A stretch of DNA of 64,000 nt, taken from the NCBI GenBank assembly GCA_965250285.1, contig OZ252299.1:2720001-2784000 (forward strand), given 5' to 3'. The position numbers and the translations under genes were made by a program. The stretch's first letter is position 1, and each line of letters starts with the position of its first letter. This stretch comes from Myxococcota bacterium (lineage in GTDB: Bacteria; Myxococcota_A; UBA9160; UBA4427). Of the stretch, positions 37,572 through 47,593 are shown piece by piece. The notes beneath the pieces were generated by a model. That model did not search any database and was not told the origin of the DNA. It was given only the letters and a program-made list of their open reading frames with translations.

Positions 37572-38710
37572 GCCGAACGGCCCAGCACGACAGCCTGCCC
37601 AGTCCCGGCCACGACACCGGTGGCCTCGTGCTCGCCGCCTCGGTGCTCGCCGGCTTCGGTGTCGTGATGAGCTACAGCACGACGGCCACGATGCACCTCG
37701 ACTCGCCGATTCCGCCGCTGTTCCTCAAGCACGTCGGGGCGCTGGGACTCGGGGGACTCGCAGCCGCCGGGGCCGCCAGCGTGCCGCTGCCGGTCTGGCG
37801 CCGCTTCGCGCTGCCCTTCTGGATCGTCTGCGTCGGCTTCGTCGCGCTCACCCTGGCGGTCGGTGTGCAGGTGAATGGCGCAACGCGCTGGCTCGAGCTG
37901 CCCGGGCTCGGGCTGCGTTTTCAGCCCGTCGAGCCGCTCAAGTGCGCGACGGTCCTGCTCGTCGCATCGATCATCGCCCGCCGCGATGGCAAGGACGAGC
38001 TCTCGGTGCAGCGCATGTGCGCCGCCGGCGCGCTGACACTCGTGCCGATGGGGTTGCTCGTCGCGCAGCCCGACCTCGGCAACGCGGTGCTGATCGGGGT
38101 GATCGTCTTGCTGCTGCTGGTGGTCGCCGGCGTGCCGGTGTTGCGCCTCGTCGCGCCAGCGGTGGTCGGCGCGGTCTCGGTCGCGGTGTACGTCAGTCGA
38201 AACGAGTACGCGTGGCGACGCGTGACGGGCTTCCTCGACCCTTGGGCCAACCCGCTGGACGAGGGCTTCCAGCTCGTGCAGAGCTATGTGGCGTTCGGAC
38301 GCGGGGGCCTCTTCGGGGCCGGCCTCGGCAACTCGCATCAGAAGCTGGCCTACCTGCCCGAGGCGCACACCGACTTCATCCTCGCCCTCGTCGCTGAAGA
38401 GCTGGGCCTGGTCGGCGTTCTCGTCGTGCTCGGGGCATTCGCAGCGCTGCTGATCGGCGGCACGCGCGTCGCCAGTCGGGCAAGCGATCGCTTCACGCTG
38501 CTGCTCGCGTTCGGTCTGACGGCGCTCCTCACGGTCCCGGCGATCGTGAACGGCGCGGTGGTCATGGGCCTCGTGCCGACGAAGGGGCTCACGCTGCCCT
38601 TCCTCTCGTACGGCCGCACTTCGCTCATCACCAGCTGCTTCGCGCTCGGCCTGCTGATCTCGGCCGCGCGCCAGGCACCGCGCGAGACGAGGACCGTGAA
38701 ATGGCGCTGA
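37568..38710 (+). CDS. ftsW: Peptidoglycan glycosyltransferase FtsW (SEDS family)
   Basis: NGATRWL, FQPVE, QPDLG, YLPEAHTDFI, PTKGLTLPFLSYG. Confidence 0.95.
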   Translation: MSRTAQHDSLPSPGHDTGGLVLAASVLAGFGVVMSYSTTATMHLDSPIPPLFLKHVGALGLGGLAAAGAASVPLPVWRRFALPFWIVCVGFVALTLAVGVQVNGATRWLELPGLGLRFQPVEPLKCATVLLVASIIARRDGKDELSVQRMCAAGALTLVPMGLLVAQPDLGNAVLIGVIVLLLLVVAGVPVLRLVAPAVVGAVSVAVYVSRNEYAWRRVTGFLDPWANPLDEGFQLVQSYVAFGRGGLFGAGLGNSHQKLAYLPEAHTDFILALVAEELGLVGVLVVLGAFAALLIGGTRVASRASDRFTLLLAFGLTALLTVPAIVNGAVVMGLVPTKGLTLPFLSYGRTSLITSCFALGLLISAARQAPRETRTVKWR

Positions 38711-38774
38711 GCCGGGACCATCAAATCGAGGCGGCGCATGGCGCGGCGTCCGTGATCGGCAAGGAGTCGGCCCG

Positions 38775-39893
38775 ATGGCGCTGAGCTGGGTCATCGCAGG
38801 GGGCGGCACCGGCGGGCACGTCACGCCGGCGCTCGCGCTCGGCGAGGCCGCGCGGGCCGCAGGCGATCGCGTGGTCTTCATCGGCTCGGAGCGCGGCCTC
38901 GAGAGCCGACTCGTGCCCGAAGCAGGCTTCGAGCTCGTCGCCCTGCCCTCGCAGCAGGTGATGGGGCGTTCGCTGGTCGGTCGGCTGAAGGGCGTGTTCA
39001 ACATCCTCGGCCAGGTCGGCGCGGCGCGACGTGCACTGCGCGACGCCCGGGCCGACCTCGTCGTGTCGGTCGGCGGCTACGCCGCGATGCCGGCCGTGCT
39101 CGCCGCCGCGTGGACGCGCACGCCGCTCTTCCTGGTCGAGCCGAACGCCCTGCCCGGCCGGGTGAATCGTTTCTCGTCGCGCTTCGCCGCGCGCGTCTTC
39201 GTGGCCTTCGAAGAGGCGGCACGCCGGCTCTCGCGACGGCCCGACGACGAGCGGGTCGAGGTGTTGGGGATCCCCGTCCGCACGGGTCTGGTCGAGAAGT
39301 TCCAGGCGGTGCCACACCGCAAGCCCGACGTACCGCCGCTGCACCTGCTGATCTTCGGCGGCAGCCAGGGCGCCCGGCAGATCAACGAAGCGATCGTGCG
39401 ACTGCTGCCCGAACTCGCGTCGCTGCCCATCGAGATCTTCCATCAGGCCGGCGAGCTCGACTTCGACACCGTGAGTCAGGCCTACACCGACTTCGCGCGC
39501 CCGGCCGAAGTCGTGCGCTTCGAGCCCGACATGCCGAGCCGCTACGCCTGGGCCGACCTCGCCCTGTGCCGGGCCGGCGCCATGACGATCGCCGAGCTCG
39601 CGCTGGCCGCCCTGCCCTCGCTGCTCGTTCCGCTGCCGACGGCCGCCGACGATCACCAGAGCGCGAACGCGCAGGCGCTCGCAGGGACCGGCGCGGCCGT
39701 CGCCCTCGATCCCCGCCCGCTCGACGACGCGGCGTTGCTCGCCCAGTTGAAGGAGCTGTGCCACGACACCGAGCGCCTCGGCCGCATGAGCGAGGCCGCG
39801 CAGACGCAGGCGAACCCCGAGGCCGCGAGCGCGATCGTGGCGCGCTGCCGCGCCGTGCTCGGGCGAAGCACCCAGGGTCAGGAGGCGCAGTGA
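38775..39893 (+). CDS. murG: Lipid II GlcNAc transferase MurG
   Basis: AGGGTGGHV, GGYA, FGGSQGA, CRAGAMTIAEL, HQSANA. Confidence 0.96.
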   Translation: MALSWVIAGGGTGGHVTPALALGEAARAAGDRVVFIGSERGLESRLVPEAGFELVALPSQQVMGRSLVGRLKGVFNILGQVGAARRALRDARADLVVSVGGYAAMPAVLAAAWTRTPLFLVEPNALPGRVNRFSSRFAARVFVAFEEAARRLSRRPDDERVEVLGIPVRTGLVEKFQAVPHRKPDVPPLHLLIFGGSQGARQINEAIVRLLPELASLPIEIFHQAGELDFDTVSQAYTDFARPAEVVRFEPDMPSRYAWADLALCRAGAMTIAELALAALPSLLVPLPTAADDHQSANAQALAGTGAAVALDPRPLDDAALLAQLKELCHDTERLGRMSEAAQTQANPEAASAIVARCRAVLGRSTQGQEAQ

Positions 39894-41278
39894 GACGCAT
39901 GACCTCGGCCCACTTCATCGGGATCGGCGGCGTCGGCATGGCCCCGCTCGCCGAGCTGATGCATCGACGCGGCCACACGGTCACGGGCTCCGACCTGAAG
40001 GCGGGCACGAACACGGCCCACCTGCAGGCGCTCGGCGTCGACGTGAAGATCGGCCACGACGCCGCCCACCTCGGCGCGCTCGGCAAGACCGACGTCGTCG
40101 TGCGCTCGTCGGCGATTCGCGACGACAACCCCGAGGTCGAGCGCGCACGGACGCTCGAGCTGCCGGTGGTGGGGCGCGGCGAGCTGCTGGCCGACCTGCT
40201 GGCGGGCCACGAGGCGATCGTCGTGGCGGGCACACACGGCAAGACGACGACGAGCTCGATGGTCGCCCACGTGCTCGGCGAGACGGGCCAGGATCCGACG
40301 GCGATCGTCGGCGGCCGGCTGGGCGCCAGCGAAAGCGGGCTGCGCTTCGGGCGTGACGATCTCTACGTGTGCGAGTGCGACGAGAGCGACGGTTCTTTTC
40401 TGCACTTGCGGCCGACCCTCGCCGTGCTGACCAATGTCGACCCCGAGCATCTCGACCACTACGGCTCGGTGGCCGCGCTCGAGGACGCATTCGTCCAGTT
40501 CACGGCCGGCATGCCCCTCGACGGCGTGTGCGTGGCGTGCGCCGATCACCCCCGCCTGACCGCCCTGCTCCCGCGCATCGAACGACGCCGCGTGACGTAC
40601 GGGCTCGACCGCCCCGCCGATCTCGAGGCGCACGGCCTGCGCGCCGACGGTCTGGGGATGCGCTTCTCGGTGCGCCGCGAGGGGCACGCGCTGGGCGACG
40701 TCTTCGTGCCGATGCCCGGGCGCCACAACGTCTCGAACGCGCTTGCGGCGCTGGCCATCGCCCTCGAGCGCGACGTCCCGTTCGGGCTCGCCGCCGGGGC
40801 GCTCGCGACCTACGGCGGCGTCGACCGACGCTTCTCGCTGCGCGGCGAGGCCGCCGGCGTGCAGGTGGTCGACGACTACGCGCATCATCCGGCCGAGCTC
40901 GAAGCGACCCTGGCGGCCGCCCGCGGCGTCCACCCCGGCCGCATCGTCGCCGTGTTCCAGCCGCACCGGTACACGCGCACCCGCGACGCCTTCGACGGGT
41001 TCGTCGCCGCCTTCGACGAAGCCGATCTGCTCGTCGTGACCGATATCTACGCCGCTGGCGATCCGCCGATCGACGGCATCAGCGGCGCTGCCCTCGCGCG
41101 CGAGATCGAAGCGCGCGACACCGTCGAGGTGCACCACGAATCGGGCCTCGACGACGTGCTTGCGTGGCTTCCGGCTCGACTGGTGCCCGGCGACCTCGTG
41201 CTCACACTCGGCGCGGGAGACGTCTCGGGGCTGGGGCCGAAGCTGATCGCCGCGCTGCGCGAAGGGGGGGCCGCGTGA
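39890..41278 (+). CDS. murC: UDP-MurNAc:L-Ala ligase MurC
   Basis: HFIGIGGVGM, AGTHGKTTT, ECDESDGSF, DDYAHHP, FQPHRYTRT. Confidence 0.96.
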   Translation: MRRMTSAHFIGIGGVGMAPLAELMHRRGHTVTGSDLKAGTNTAHLQALGVDVKIGHDAAHLGALGKTDVVVRSSAIRDDNPEVERARTLELPVVGRGELLADLLAGHEAIVVAGTHGKTTTSSMVAHVLGETGQDPTAIVGGRLGASESGLRFGRDDLYVCECDESDGSFLHLRPTLAVLTNVDPEHLDHYGSVAALEDAFVQFTAGMPLDGVCVACADHPRLTALLPRIERRRVTYGLDRPADLEAHGLRADGLGMRFSVRREGHALGDVFVPMPGRHNVSNALAALAIALERDVPFGLAAGALATYGGVDRRFSLRGEAAGVQVVDDYAHHPAELEATLAAARGVHPGRIVAVFQPHRYTRTRDAFDGFVAAFDEADLLVVTDIYAAGDPPIDGISGAALAREIEARDTVEVHHESGLDDVLAWLPARLVPGDLVLTLGAGDVSGLGPKLIAALREGGAA

Positions 41279-42204
41279 TCGCCGCGGACGTTCGCAAAGC
41301 GCTCGAAGCGCTGCACGGCGCCGACGCGCAGTTCGAGGCGCCGATGTCGCGCTGCACGTCGATGCGTGTGGGCGGCCCGGCCGACGCGCTCGTCCGCGTG
41401 CGCGACCGCGACCGCCTCGCGCAAACCCTCGCCCTCGCGCACCGCGAAGGCGTGCCGGTCTCGATCGTCGGCGGGGGCTTCAACCTCGTCGTGACAGACG
41501 CGGGCCTCGATGGCATCGCGCTTCAGCTCGGTGGGCTGCGACGACTCGAGGTCGACGACGACGGCGACGCCCCCGTGCTGCTCGCCGAAGCCGGTGTGCG
41601 CCACGCGAGCGTGACCCGCCTGTGCATCGAGCAGGGGCTCGGCGGCCTCGAGTTCGCCGCGGGCATCCCCGGCAGCGTCGGCGGCTGGCTCGCGATGAAC
41701 GCCGGCATCGGCGTGCGCGAAATGAAGGATGTGACGCTCGCGCTCGAGTGGATGAGCGGCGACGGCCAGACCGTCGAATGGACCCCGCGCGACGCCCTCG
41801 CCTTCGAGTACCGCGCGCTGCGCGGTCTGCCGGAAGGCGCGGTCATCCTGGCGGGGCGCTTCGCCGTCACCCCGACCGAGCCGGGCGCGGTCAAGCAGGC
41901 CGTCGACGAGCACATGGCCCACCGCACGCGCACCCAGCCCGTGACCTCTCCGTCGTGTGGCTCGGTCTTTCGCAACCCCGAAGGCGACTACGCCGGGCGC
42001 CTCATCGAGGCGTCGGGGCTGAAGGGCCTGCGCGTCGGCGGCGCCGAGGTCTCGACGACGCACGCCAACTTCATCGTCACCGAGCCGGGGACCCGCGCCG
42101 GGGACGTGACCGCGCTGATCGAGCAGATCCAGGCCCGGGTCGAGGCCGACTCGGGCGTACAGCTCCACCGTGAGGTCAAGGTGATCGGGAGGGGGGCATC
42201 ATGA
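41275..42204 (+). CDS. murB: UDP-N-acetylenolpyruvoylglucosamine reductase MurB
   Basis: RVGGPAD, GIPGSVGG, MNAG, QP...SCGSVFRNP, HANFIV, L.REV. Confidence 0.95.
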   Translation: MIAADVRKALEALHGADAQFEAPMSRCTSMRVGGPADALVRVRDRDRLAQTLALAHREGVPVSIVGGGFNLVVTDAGLDGIALQLGGLRRLEVDDDGDAPVLLAEAGVRHASVTRLCIEQGLGGLEFAAGIPGSVGGWLAMNAGIGVREMKDVTLALEWMSGDGQTVEWTPRDALAFEYRALRGLPEGAVILAGRFAVTPTEPGAVKQAVDEHMAHRTRTQPVTSPSCGSVFRNPEGDYAGRLIEASGLKGLRVGGAEVSTTHANFIVTEPGTRAGDVTALIEQIQARVEADSGVQLHREVKVIGRGAS

Positions 42205-43199
42205 ACGACGGCGGACGCACGCGTCGACCGCTGCCCGTGCAGAAGGCCCGGCGGATCCAGGCCGACAACCAGGCGCGCGGTCAGCGCGCGCGCACGCACC
42301 TCGAACGCGCACGCAAGCGCAGCCGCAGCCGACTGCAGCGCCGGGCGCGCAGCCACCGGCGCGGCCGAGGCGCCGGTGTGACGTCGACGGTGCGCCGGCG
42401 CCTGGTGCTGGCCTGTGCCTTTGCGGCGTCGACGCTGGCGGGGGCCCTCTTCGGCGGCCCGATCGTCGAGGCCGTCGGCGCGCTCGGCGACGCCGGCCCC
42501 GGTCGCATCGACACGATCGCGGTGCAGGGCAACACGCTGCTCAGCTCGCGCGACGTCGCGGCGGCAAGCGGAGTCGACCCGGGGCAGATCGGGAACTCGC
42601 TCGAGACCGAGCGCGTGGGCGAGCGCCTGCGGGCGCACCCTTGGATCGCCGAGGCGCACGTCATGCGCCTGCCGCCCGGCAAGCTGCTGATCCGCATCGA
42701 AGAGCGCGAGCCGGCCGCCCTGCTCGCTCCGGTGGGCGCCGGCCCGAGTGCCGGCTGGCGATACGTCGACGCGAGTGGAACACCGTTTGCCCATTCGAGC
42801 GAGCGTGGACCGCGCGCGCTCGACGCCGGCGCGAGCTGGCCCCGCCTGCGCGGCGGCGAGGCCCTCGAAGACGACCGGGCCCACCCCGAGCTGGCCGCGG
42901 CGCTCGCGCTCTCGCGCCATCTGCGTGCGGGGCGGCTCGACACGCTGCTCGGCGCCGAGGGCGACCTCGAGGTCCGGCTGCCCGAGCCGTCGGATCCGCG
43001 CGGCTGGGTGCTCGAGGCCGGGCCGGATCGGCCGCGGGTCATCCTCGGACACGAGCGGCTGGCCGAGCGCGTCGACCGGCTGGCCTGGCTGCTGCAGTCA
43101 CGGGTGGACGCCCTGCGCGGCACCACCGAGATCGATCTTCGCTTCGCAGACCGAGCGGTCCTGCGCAGCGGTGAGGCATCCGTTCCCGCTTCGGGGTGA
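42201..43199 (+). CDS. ftsQ: Cell division protein FtsQ/DivIB
   Basis: Between murB and ftsA; TM segment, POTRA domain (VQGN...HPWIAEAHVMRLPPGKLLIRIEEREP), C-terminal IDLRF. Confidence 0.88.
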   Translation: MNDGGRTRRPLPVQKARRIQADNQARGQRARTHLERARKRSRSRLQRRARSHRRGRGAGVTSTVRRRLVLACAFAASTLAGALFGGPIVEAVGALGDAGPGRIDTIAVQGNTLLSSRDVAAASGVDPGQIGNSLETERVGERLRAHPWIAEAHVMRLPPGKLLIRIEEREPAALLAPVGAGPSAGWRYVDASGTPFAHSSERGPRALDAGASWPRLRGGEALEDDRAHPELAAALALSRHLRAGRLDTLLGAEGDLEVRLPEPSDPRGWVLEAGPDRPRVILGHERLAERVDRLAWLLQSRVDALRGTTEIDLRFADRAVLRSGEASVPASG

Positions 43200-43325
43200 G
43201 GCGGGACGAGTCGGCTCTCGCTTCGAAACGAGGCGGAGCACAGCGGCAGCCGAGCCCGGATGGGCGAAGCTGCCCGAACCAGGGGCGTCGGGGATCCGGC
43301 GCACCATCACCGGGGGGTGAGCAAC

Positions 43326-44567
43326 ATGAGTCGAAAGAAGGACGACCTGATCGTCGGGCTCGACATCGGGACGACCAAGATCTGTGCCGTCGTGGCAGAA
43401 CGCACCGAGAACGGCGTCGACATCGTCGGCATCGGGACGCATCCGTCGAAGGGCCTGCGCAAGGGCGTCGTCGTCGACATCGACGCGACGGTCGAGTCGA
43501 TCAAGCACGCGGTCGAAGAGGCCGAGCTGATGGCCGACTGCGAGATCACGTCGGTGTACGCCGGCGTGGCGGGCGGGCACATCCGCGCGTTCAACTCGCA
43601 CGGCGTCGTCGCGGTCAAGGATCGCGAGGTGCGCGAAGGCGACGTCAAGCGGGTCATCGATGCCGCCAAGGCGGTCGCGATCCCGATGGACCGAGAGGTG
43701 ATCCACGTGATCCCCCAGGAGTTCATCGTCGACGACCAGGACGGCATCCGCGAGCCGCTCGGCATGAGCGGTGTGCGGCTGGAGGCGCAGATCCACATCG
43801 TCACGGCCGCCGTGACCAGCGCGCAGAACATCGTGAAGTGCTGCAACAAGGCCGGGCTCAACGTGGTCGACATCGTGCTCGAGCCGCTCGCCTCGGCCCA
43901 GGCCGTGCTCGAGAGCGACGAGCGCGATCTCGGCGTCGCGATGATCGATATCGGCGGCGGCACCACCGACGTCGCGGTCTTCGCGGACGGCTCGATCAAG
44001 ATGACCGCGGTGATCGGCATCGGCGGATACCACCTGTCGAACGACATCGCCGTCGGGCTGCGCACACCCTTCGACGAAGCCGAGCGCATCAAGAAGAAGT
44101 TCGGCGTGGCGTCGGCCCGGTATCTGTCGGGCGACGACGTGATCTCGGTGCCGAGCGTCGGCGGCCGACGGCCGCGCGAGGTGTCGCGCAAGATCCTCTG
44201 CGAGGTCATCGAGCCGCGGGTCGAGGAGATCCTGTCGCTCGCGCACCAGGAGATCGAGCGCTCCGGGCTCGCCGACCGGATCCCGTCGGGCGTGGTCCTG
44301 ACCGGCGGCGCCTCGGCGCTGGCCGGCATGCACGAACTCGCCGAGGAGGTCTTCGAGGCGCCCGTGCGCCAGGGGACACCGGGACATGTCGGCGGCCTGC
44401 TCGACGTCGTCCGCAGCCCCATGTACGCGACGGGCGTCGGGCTGGTGCTGTTCGGCGTGAATCAGCAGCATGCGAGCCGCACGCGCGGGTTCCGCATTCG
44501 GGACGACTCGATCTTCGGAAGGGTCAAGCAGCGCATGCGCGACTGGTTCTACGCCGAGTTCGACTGA
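43326..44567 (+). CDS. ftsA: Cell division protein FtsA
   Basis: VGLDIGTTK, PLGMSGVRLE, IDIGGGTTD, VVLTGG, amphipathic C-terminal helix. Confidence 0.97.
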   Translation: MSRKKDDLIVGLDIGTTKICAVVAERTENGVDIVGIGTHPSKGLRKGVVVDIDATVESIKHAVEEAELMADCEITSVYAGVAGGHIRAFNSHGVVAVKDREVREGDVKRVIDAAKAVAIPMDREVIHVIPQEFIVDDQDGIREPLGMSGVRLEAQIHIVTAAVTSAQNIVKCCNKAGLNVVDIVLEPLASAQAVLESDERDLGVAMIDIGGGTTDVAVFADGSIKMTAVIGIGGYHLSNDIAVGLRTPFDEAERIKKKFGVASARYLSGDDVISVPSVGGRRPREVSRKILCEVIEPRVEEILSLAHQEIERSGLADRIPSGVVLTGGASALAGMHELAEEVFEAPVRQGTPGHVGGLLDVVRSPMYATGVGLVLFGVNQQHASRTRGFRIRDDSIFGRVKQRMRDWFYAEFD

Positions 44568-44702
44568 GATCGCGGCCGACGGGCCGCAGCGATGGGCGGC
44601 GGGCGACCGGCGCCGAAATTTCAATCTAGAAACGCACAAATCCAGAGGGTTCGTGTAACATTCGGCGCGACGCGAACGTCCGCCGGACCGGGGGGTGAAC
44701 GG

Positions 44703-46247
44703 ATGGCCAAGCGCGATTCCAGCCGCAATGGACGCGGCCGAAACGCCAAGAACAGTGGAAGCAACTCGAACGCCGGGAGCGGGCGCAGCCGCGCTCGCGG
44801 CAATTCGGACGACGCGCCGCCGGTGATCGAAGATCACAGCGACGACGAGGGCCTCGATCTGCTCGAGATCGGTCCCGAAGACGCCGACGACATGCTCGAG
44901 TTCGATCAGACGCCGGGACAGAAGGCGACCATCAAGGTCATCGGCGTGGGTGGAGGCGGCGGCAACGCCCTCAACACCATGATCGACGGCGGGCTCGCCG
45001 GCGTCGAGTTCATCGCCGCGAACACCGATGCACAGGCGCTCAAGCACAACCGCGCCGTGACCAAGGTGCAGCTCGGTGCCGAGGTCACCCGCGGCCTCGG
45101 CTGTGGCGCGAACCCCGACCGGGGCCGCGCGTCGGCGATGGAGGCACGCGAGCGCCTGCGCGAGCTGCTCGAAGGCTCCGACATGGTCTTCGTGACGGCC
45201 GGCATGGGCGGCGGCACGGGCACCGGCGCCGCACCGGTGGTGGCCGAGGTCGCGCGCGAGATCGGCGCGCTGACCGTGGGCGTCGTGACCAAGCCGTTCT
45301 CGTTCGAGGGCAAGGTGCGCACCAAGCACGCCGAGCGAGGGCTCGACGAGCTGCACGGCGTGGTCGATACGCTGATCACGATCCCGAACCAGCGGCTGCT
45401 CGCGCTGGCCGGCAAGAGCACCAACATGCAGGATGCCTTCGCTCTCGCGGATGCGGTCTGCCTGAACGCGGTGCGCGGCATCTCGGATCTCATCACGATC
45501 CACGGCCTGATCAACCTCGACTTCGCCGATGTCCGCACGGTGATGAACGAGGCGGGCGTGGCGCTGATGGGCACGGGCGTGGGCCGCGGCGACACGCGCG
45601 CGACCGACGCTGCCGAGGCGGCGATCTCGAGCCCGCTGCTCGAGGATCTGCGCGTCGACGGTGCGCGCGGCGTGCTGATCAACATCACGGGCAACAGCGA
45701 CATGACCCTCTTCGAGGTGAACGAGGCGTCGATGCTGATCCAGGAGGCGGCCCACGAGGATGCGAACATCATCTTCGGCGCCGTCATCGACGACGAGGTG
45801 CCCGAGGGCGAGCTGCGGGTGACCGTGATCGCCACGGGGCTCGACGACGAGCGGCAGCGTCGCACGCCGCCCGAGCGCCCGACGCGACGCCCCGACGTGC
45901 GCGACGAGCCCGAGCCGCAGCAGATCGAGATCGAGCACGTGGCACCTCAGGCCCAACAGGCCCGAGCCCGGGCACCCGAGGCCGATCTGGAGCACGTGCC
46001 GAGCCAGCTGTCGGAGGGCGGCCGGCCGGGCCGCTACGACGAGCCGCAGGCGTACGGCTCCGATCCGCAGCCCGAGCCAAGTCACGACGAGCGCGCGGCC
46101 GAGGCCATCGCGAGCGCGGGGGATGACTTCACCTCGCCCTTCGTCGAGGACCGCTACGACGAGCCGGCGTTCCTGCGCAAGCGCGCCAATCAGGGGGAGG
46201 ACGACGATCGGGAGCTGCCTGCGTTTCTCAGACGCGCGCAGGACTGA
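44703..46247 (+). CDS. ftsZ: Cell division protein FtsZ
   Basis: [29 protein letters not shown]; start at 44703 (GGGGGTG RBS) or alternatively 44892. Confidence 0.97.
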   Translation: MAKRDSSRNGRGRNAKNSGSNSNAGSGRSRARGNSDDAPPVIEDHSDDEGLDLLEIGPEDADDMLEFDQTPGQKATIKVIGVGGGGGNALNTMIDGGLAGVEFIAANTDAQALKHNRAVTKVQLGAEVTRGLGCGANPDRGRASAMEARERLRELLEGSDMVFVTAGMGGGTGTGAAPVVAEVAREIGALTVGVVTKPFSFEGKVRTKHAERGLDELHGVVDTLITIPNQRLLALAGKSTNMQDAFALADAVCLNAVRGISDLITIHGLINLDFADVRTVMNEAGVALMGTGVGRGDTRATDAAEAAISSPLLEDLRVDGARGVLINITGNSDMTLFEVNEASMLIQEAAHEDANIIFGAVIDDEVPEGELRVTVIATGLDDERQRRTPPERPTRRPDVRDEPEPQQIEIEHVAPQAQQARARAPEADLEHVPSQLSEGGRPGRYDEPQAYGSDPQPEPSHDERAAEAIASAGDDFTSPFVEDRYDEPAFLRKRANQGEDDDRELPAFLRRAQD

Positions 46248-46354
46248 CGAAGACGCGTCCACGACTCGGCCCGAGGCTCACCGGCCTCGGTCTCGCCGGC
46301 GGAGACGCTGGCTGGGACGCTGAGCCGAGCTCGCCTGGTTCGACCGCTCCACCC

Positions 46355-46393
46355 GACGCCGCCCTGCCCCGTGCAGGGCGGCGTCTCTCGTTT
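46355..46393 (+). terminator. Probable intrinsic terminator of the dcw operon
   Basis: Perfect 13-bp stem GACGCCGCCCTGC / GCAGGGCGGCGTC with 5-nt loop, followed by TCTCGTTT. Confidence 0.7.
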
Positions 46394-46410
46394 CAGCCCA
46401 GCCTGCGGCG

Positions 46411-46438
46411 TTGACAAACGCCCCCGTTGAGTGAGATT
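46411..46438 (+). promoter_or_regulatory. Sigma70-type promoter of the enoyl-CoA hydratase gene
   Basis: TTGACA (46411)-16 nt-GAGATT, ending 8 nt before the ATG. Confidence 0.5.
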
Positions 46439-46446
46439 CGGCCGCC

Positions 46447-47268
46447 ATGACGCACCCGAACCCCGACGCGCTGATTCTCGAGTCCCATGAGGACGGGATC
46501 ACCACCCTCACCTTCAACGACCCCGACCATCTCAACGCGATGACCCGTGCGATGGGCGAGGCGTTCGCCGACTGCATCGCGGGGCTGGTGCAACGCGACG
46601 ACCTGCGCGCGGTGGTGCTGACCGGGGCGGGACGTGCGTTCTCGGCCGGTGGCGACTTTCAGATGCTCAATGATCTCGCGGCCGACGGCCGGGCGCGCCC
46701 CGGCCTCGCGCGACGCCCGATCCGCGACACGATGAACAGCTTCTACAAGCTCTTCTTGAGCGTCCGGCAGCTGCCGTGCCCGACGCTCGCGGCGCTCAAC
46801 GGCCCGGCCATCGGCGCCGGCTTCTGCGTCTCGCTGGCCTGTGACATCCGGGTCGTGGCCGAAGACGCCAAGCTCGGGCTGAACTTCACGAAGCTCGGCG
46901 TCCATCCCGGCATGGCGGCGACCTGGACCCTGCCCCGGCTCGTCGGGCCGGCGCTGGCGGCCGAGCTGCTCTACACGAGCCGCCTGATTCGCGGGGAGGA
47001 GGCCGCGAAGATGGGCCTCGCGAACCGCGCTGTCCCGCGCGAGCAGGTCCTGGACGTGACGCGGGGCATCGCCGCCGAGATCGCGGCCTGCGCCCCGATC
47101 GCCGTCGCGGCCACGAAGCGATCGCTCGGCCGCAGCCACGACGCGACGATGGAGGACCAGCTCGCGTTCGAGGCGAGCGAGCAGGCCATCACGTTCGAGA
47201 GCGAGGACGTGCACGAGGGCCTGGCGGCGGTCCAGGCTCGACGCGACCCGACCTTCGAGGGTCGCTAG
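46447..47268 (+). CDS. Enoyl-CoA hydratase/isomerase (crotonase) family protein
   Basis: LTGAGRAFSAGGD, NGPAIGAG, LACDIR, LGVHPGM, LPRLVG, EDVHEGL. Confidence 0.92.
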   Translation: MTHPNPDALILESHEDGITTLTFNDPDHLNAMTRAMGEAFADCIAGLVQRDDLRAVVLTGAGRAFSAGGDFQMLNDLAADGRARPGLARRPIRDTMNSFYKLFLSVRQLPCPTLAALNGPAIGAGFCVSLACDIRVVAEDAKLGLNFTKLGVHPGMAATWTLPRLVGPALAAELLYTSRLIRGEEAAKMGLANRAVPREQVLDVTRGIAAEIAACAPIAVAATKRSLGRSHDATMEDQLAFEASEQAITFESEDVHEGLAAVQARRDPTFEGR

Positions 47269-47593
47269 CCCGTCGTCCACGTGCGGCTCGCATGTGTCGA
47301 ACGCAGGCGCTTGCATGCACTGCAACGAATGTGACTCGATCGGTTCGCGCCCACGCGCAAGCGTCGGTCACCGAAGTCGTCGGCACACGGATTCGTCGGA
47401 TCTCGAATACGCCCGCGACGACATATGTCCAAGGCGCCATGCGTTTCGACTCGATCATCGCTCGGCCGATCACTTTCCAGTTGCATTGGATGATTCACCT
47501 GACACTTCGATCAGCGCGCGACCAATAGAGTCCGACGCATCGATGAACGATGCGCGAGACGGCCGGACCGGGTCGTCACGAGGGGACTCCACG

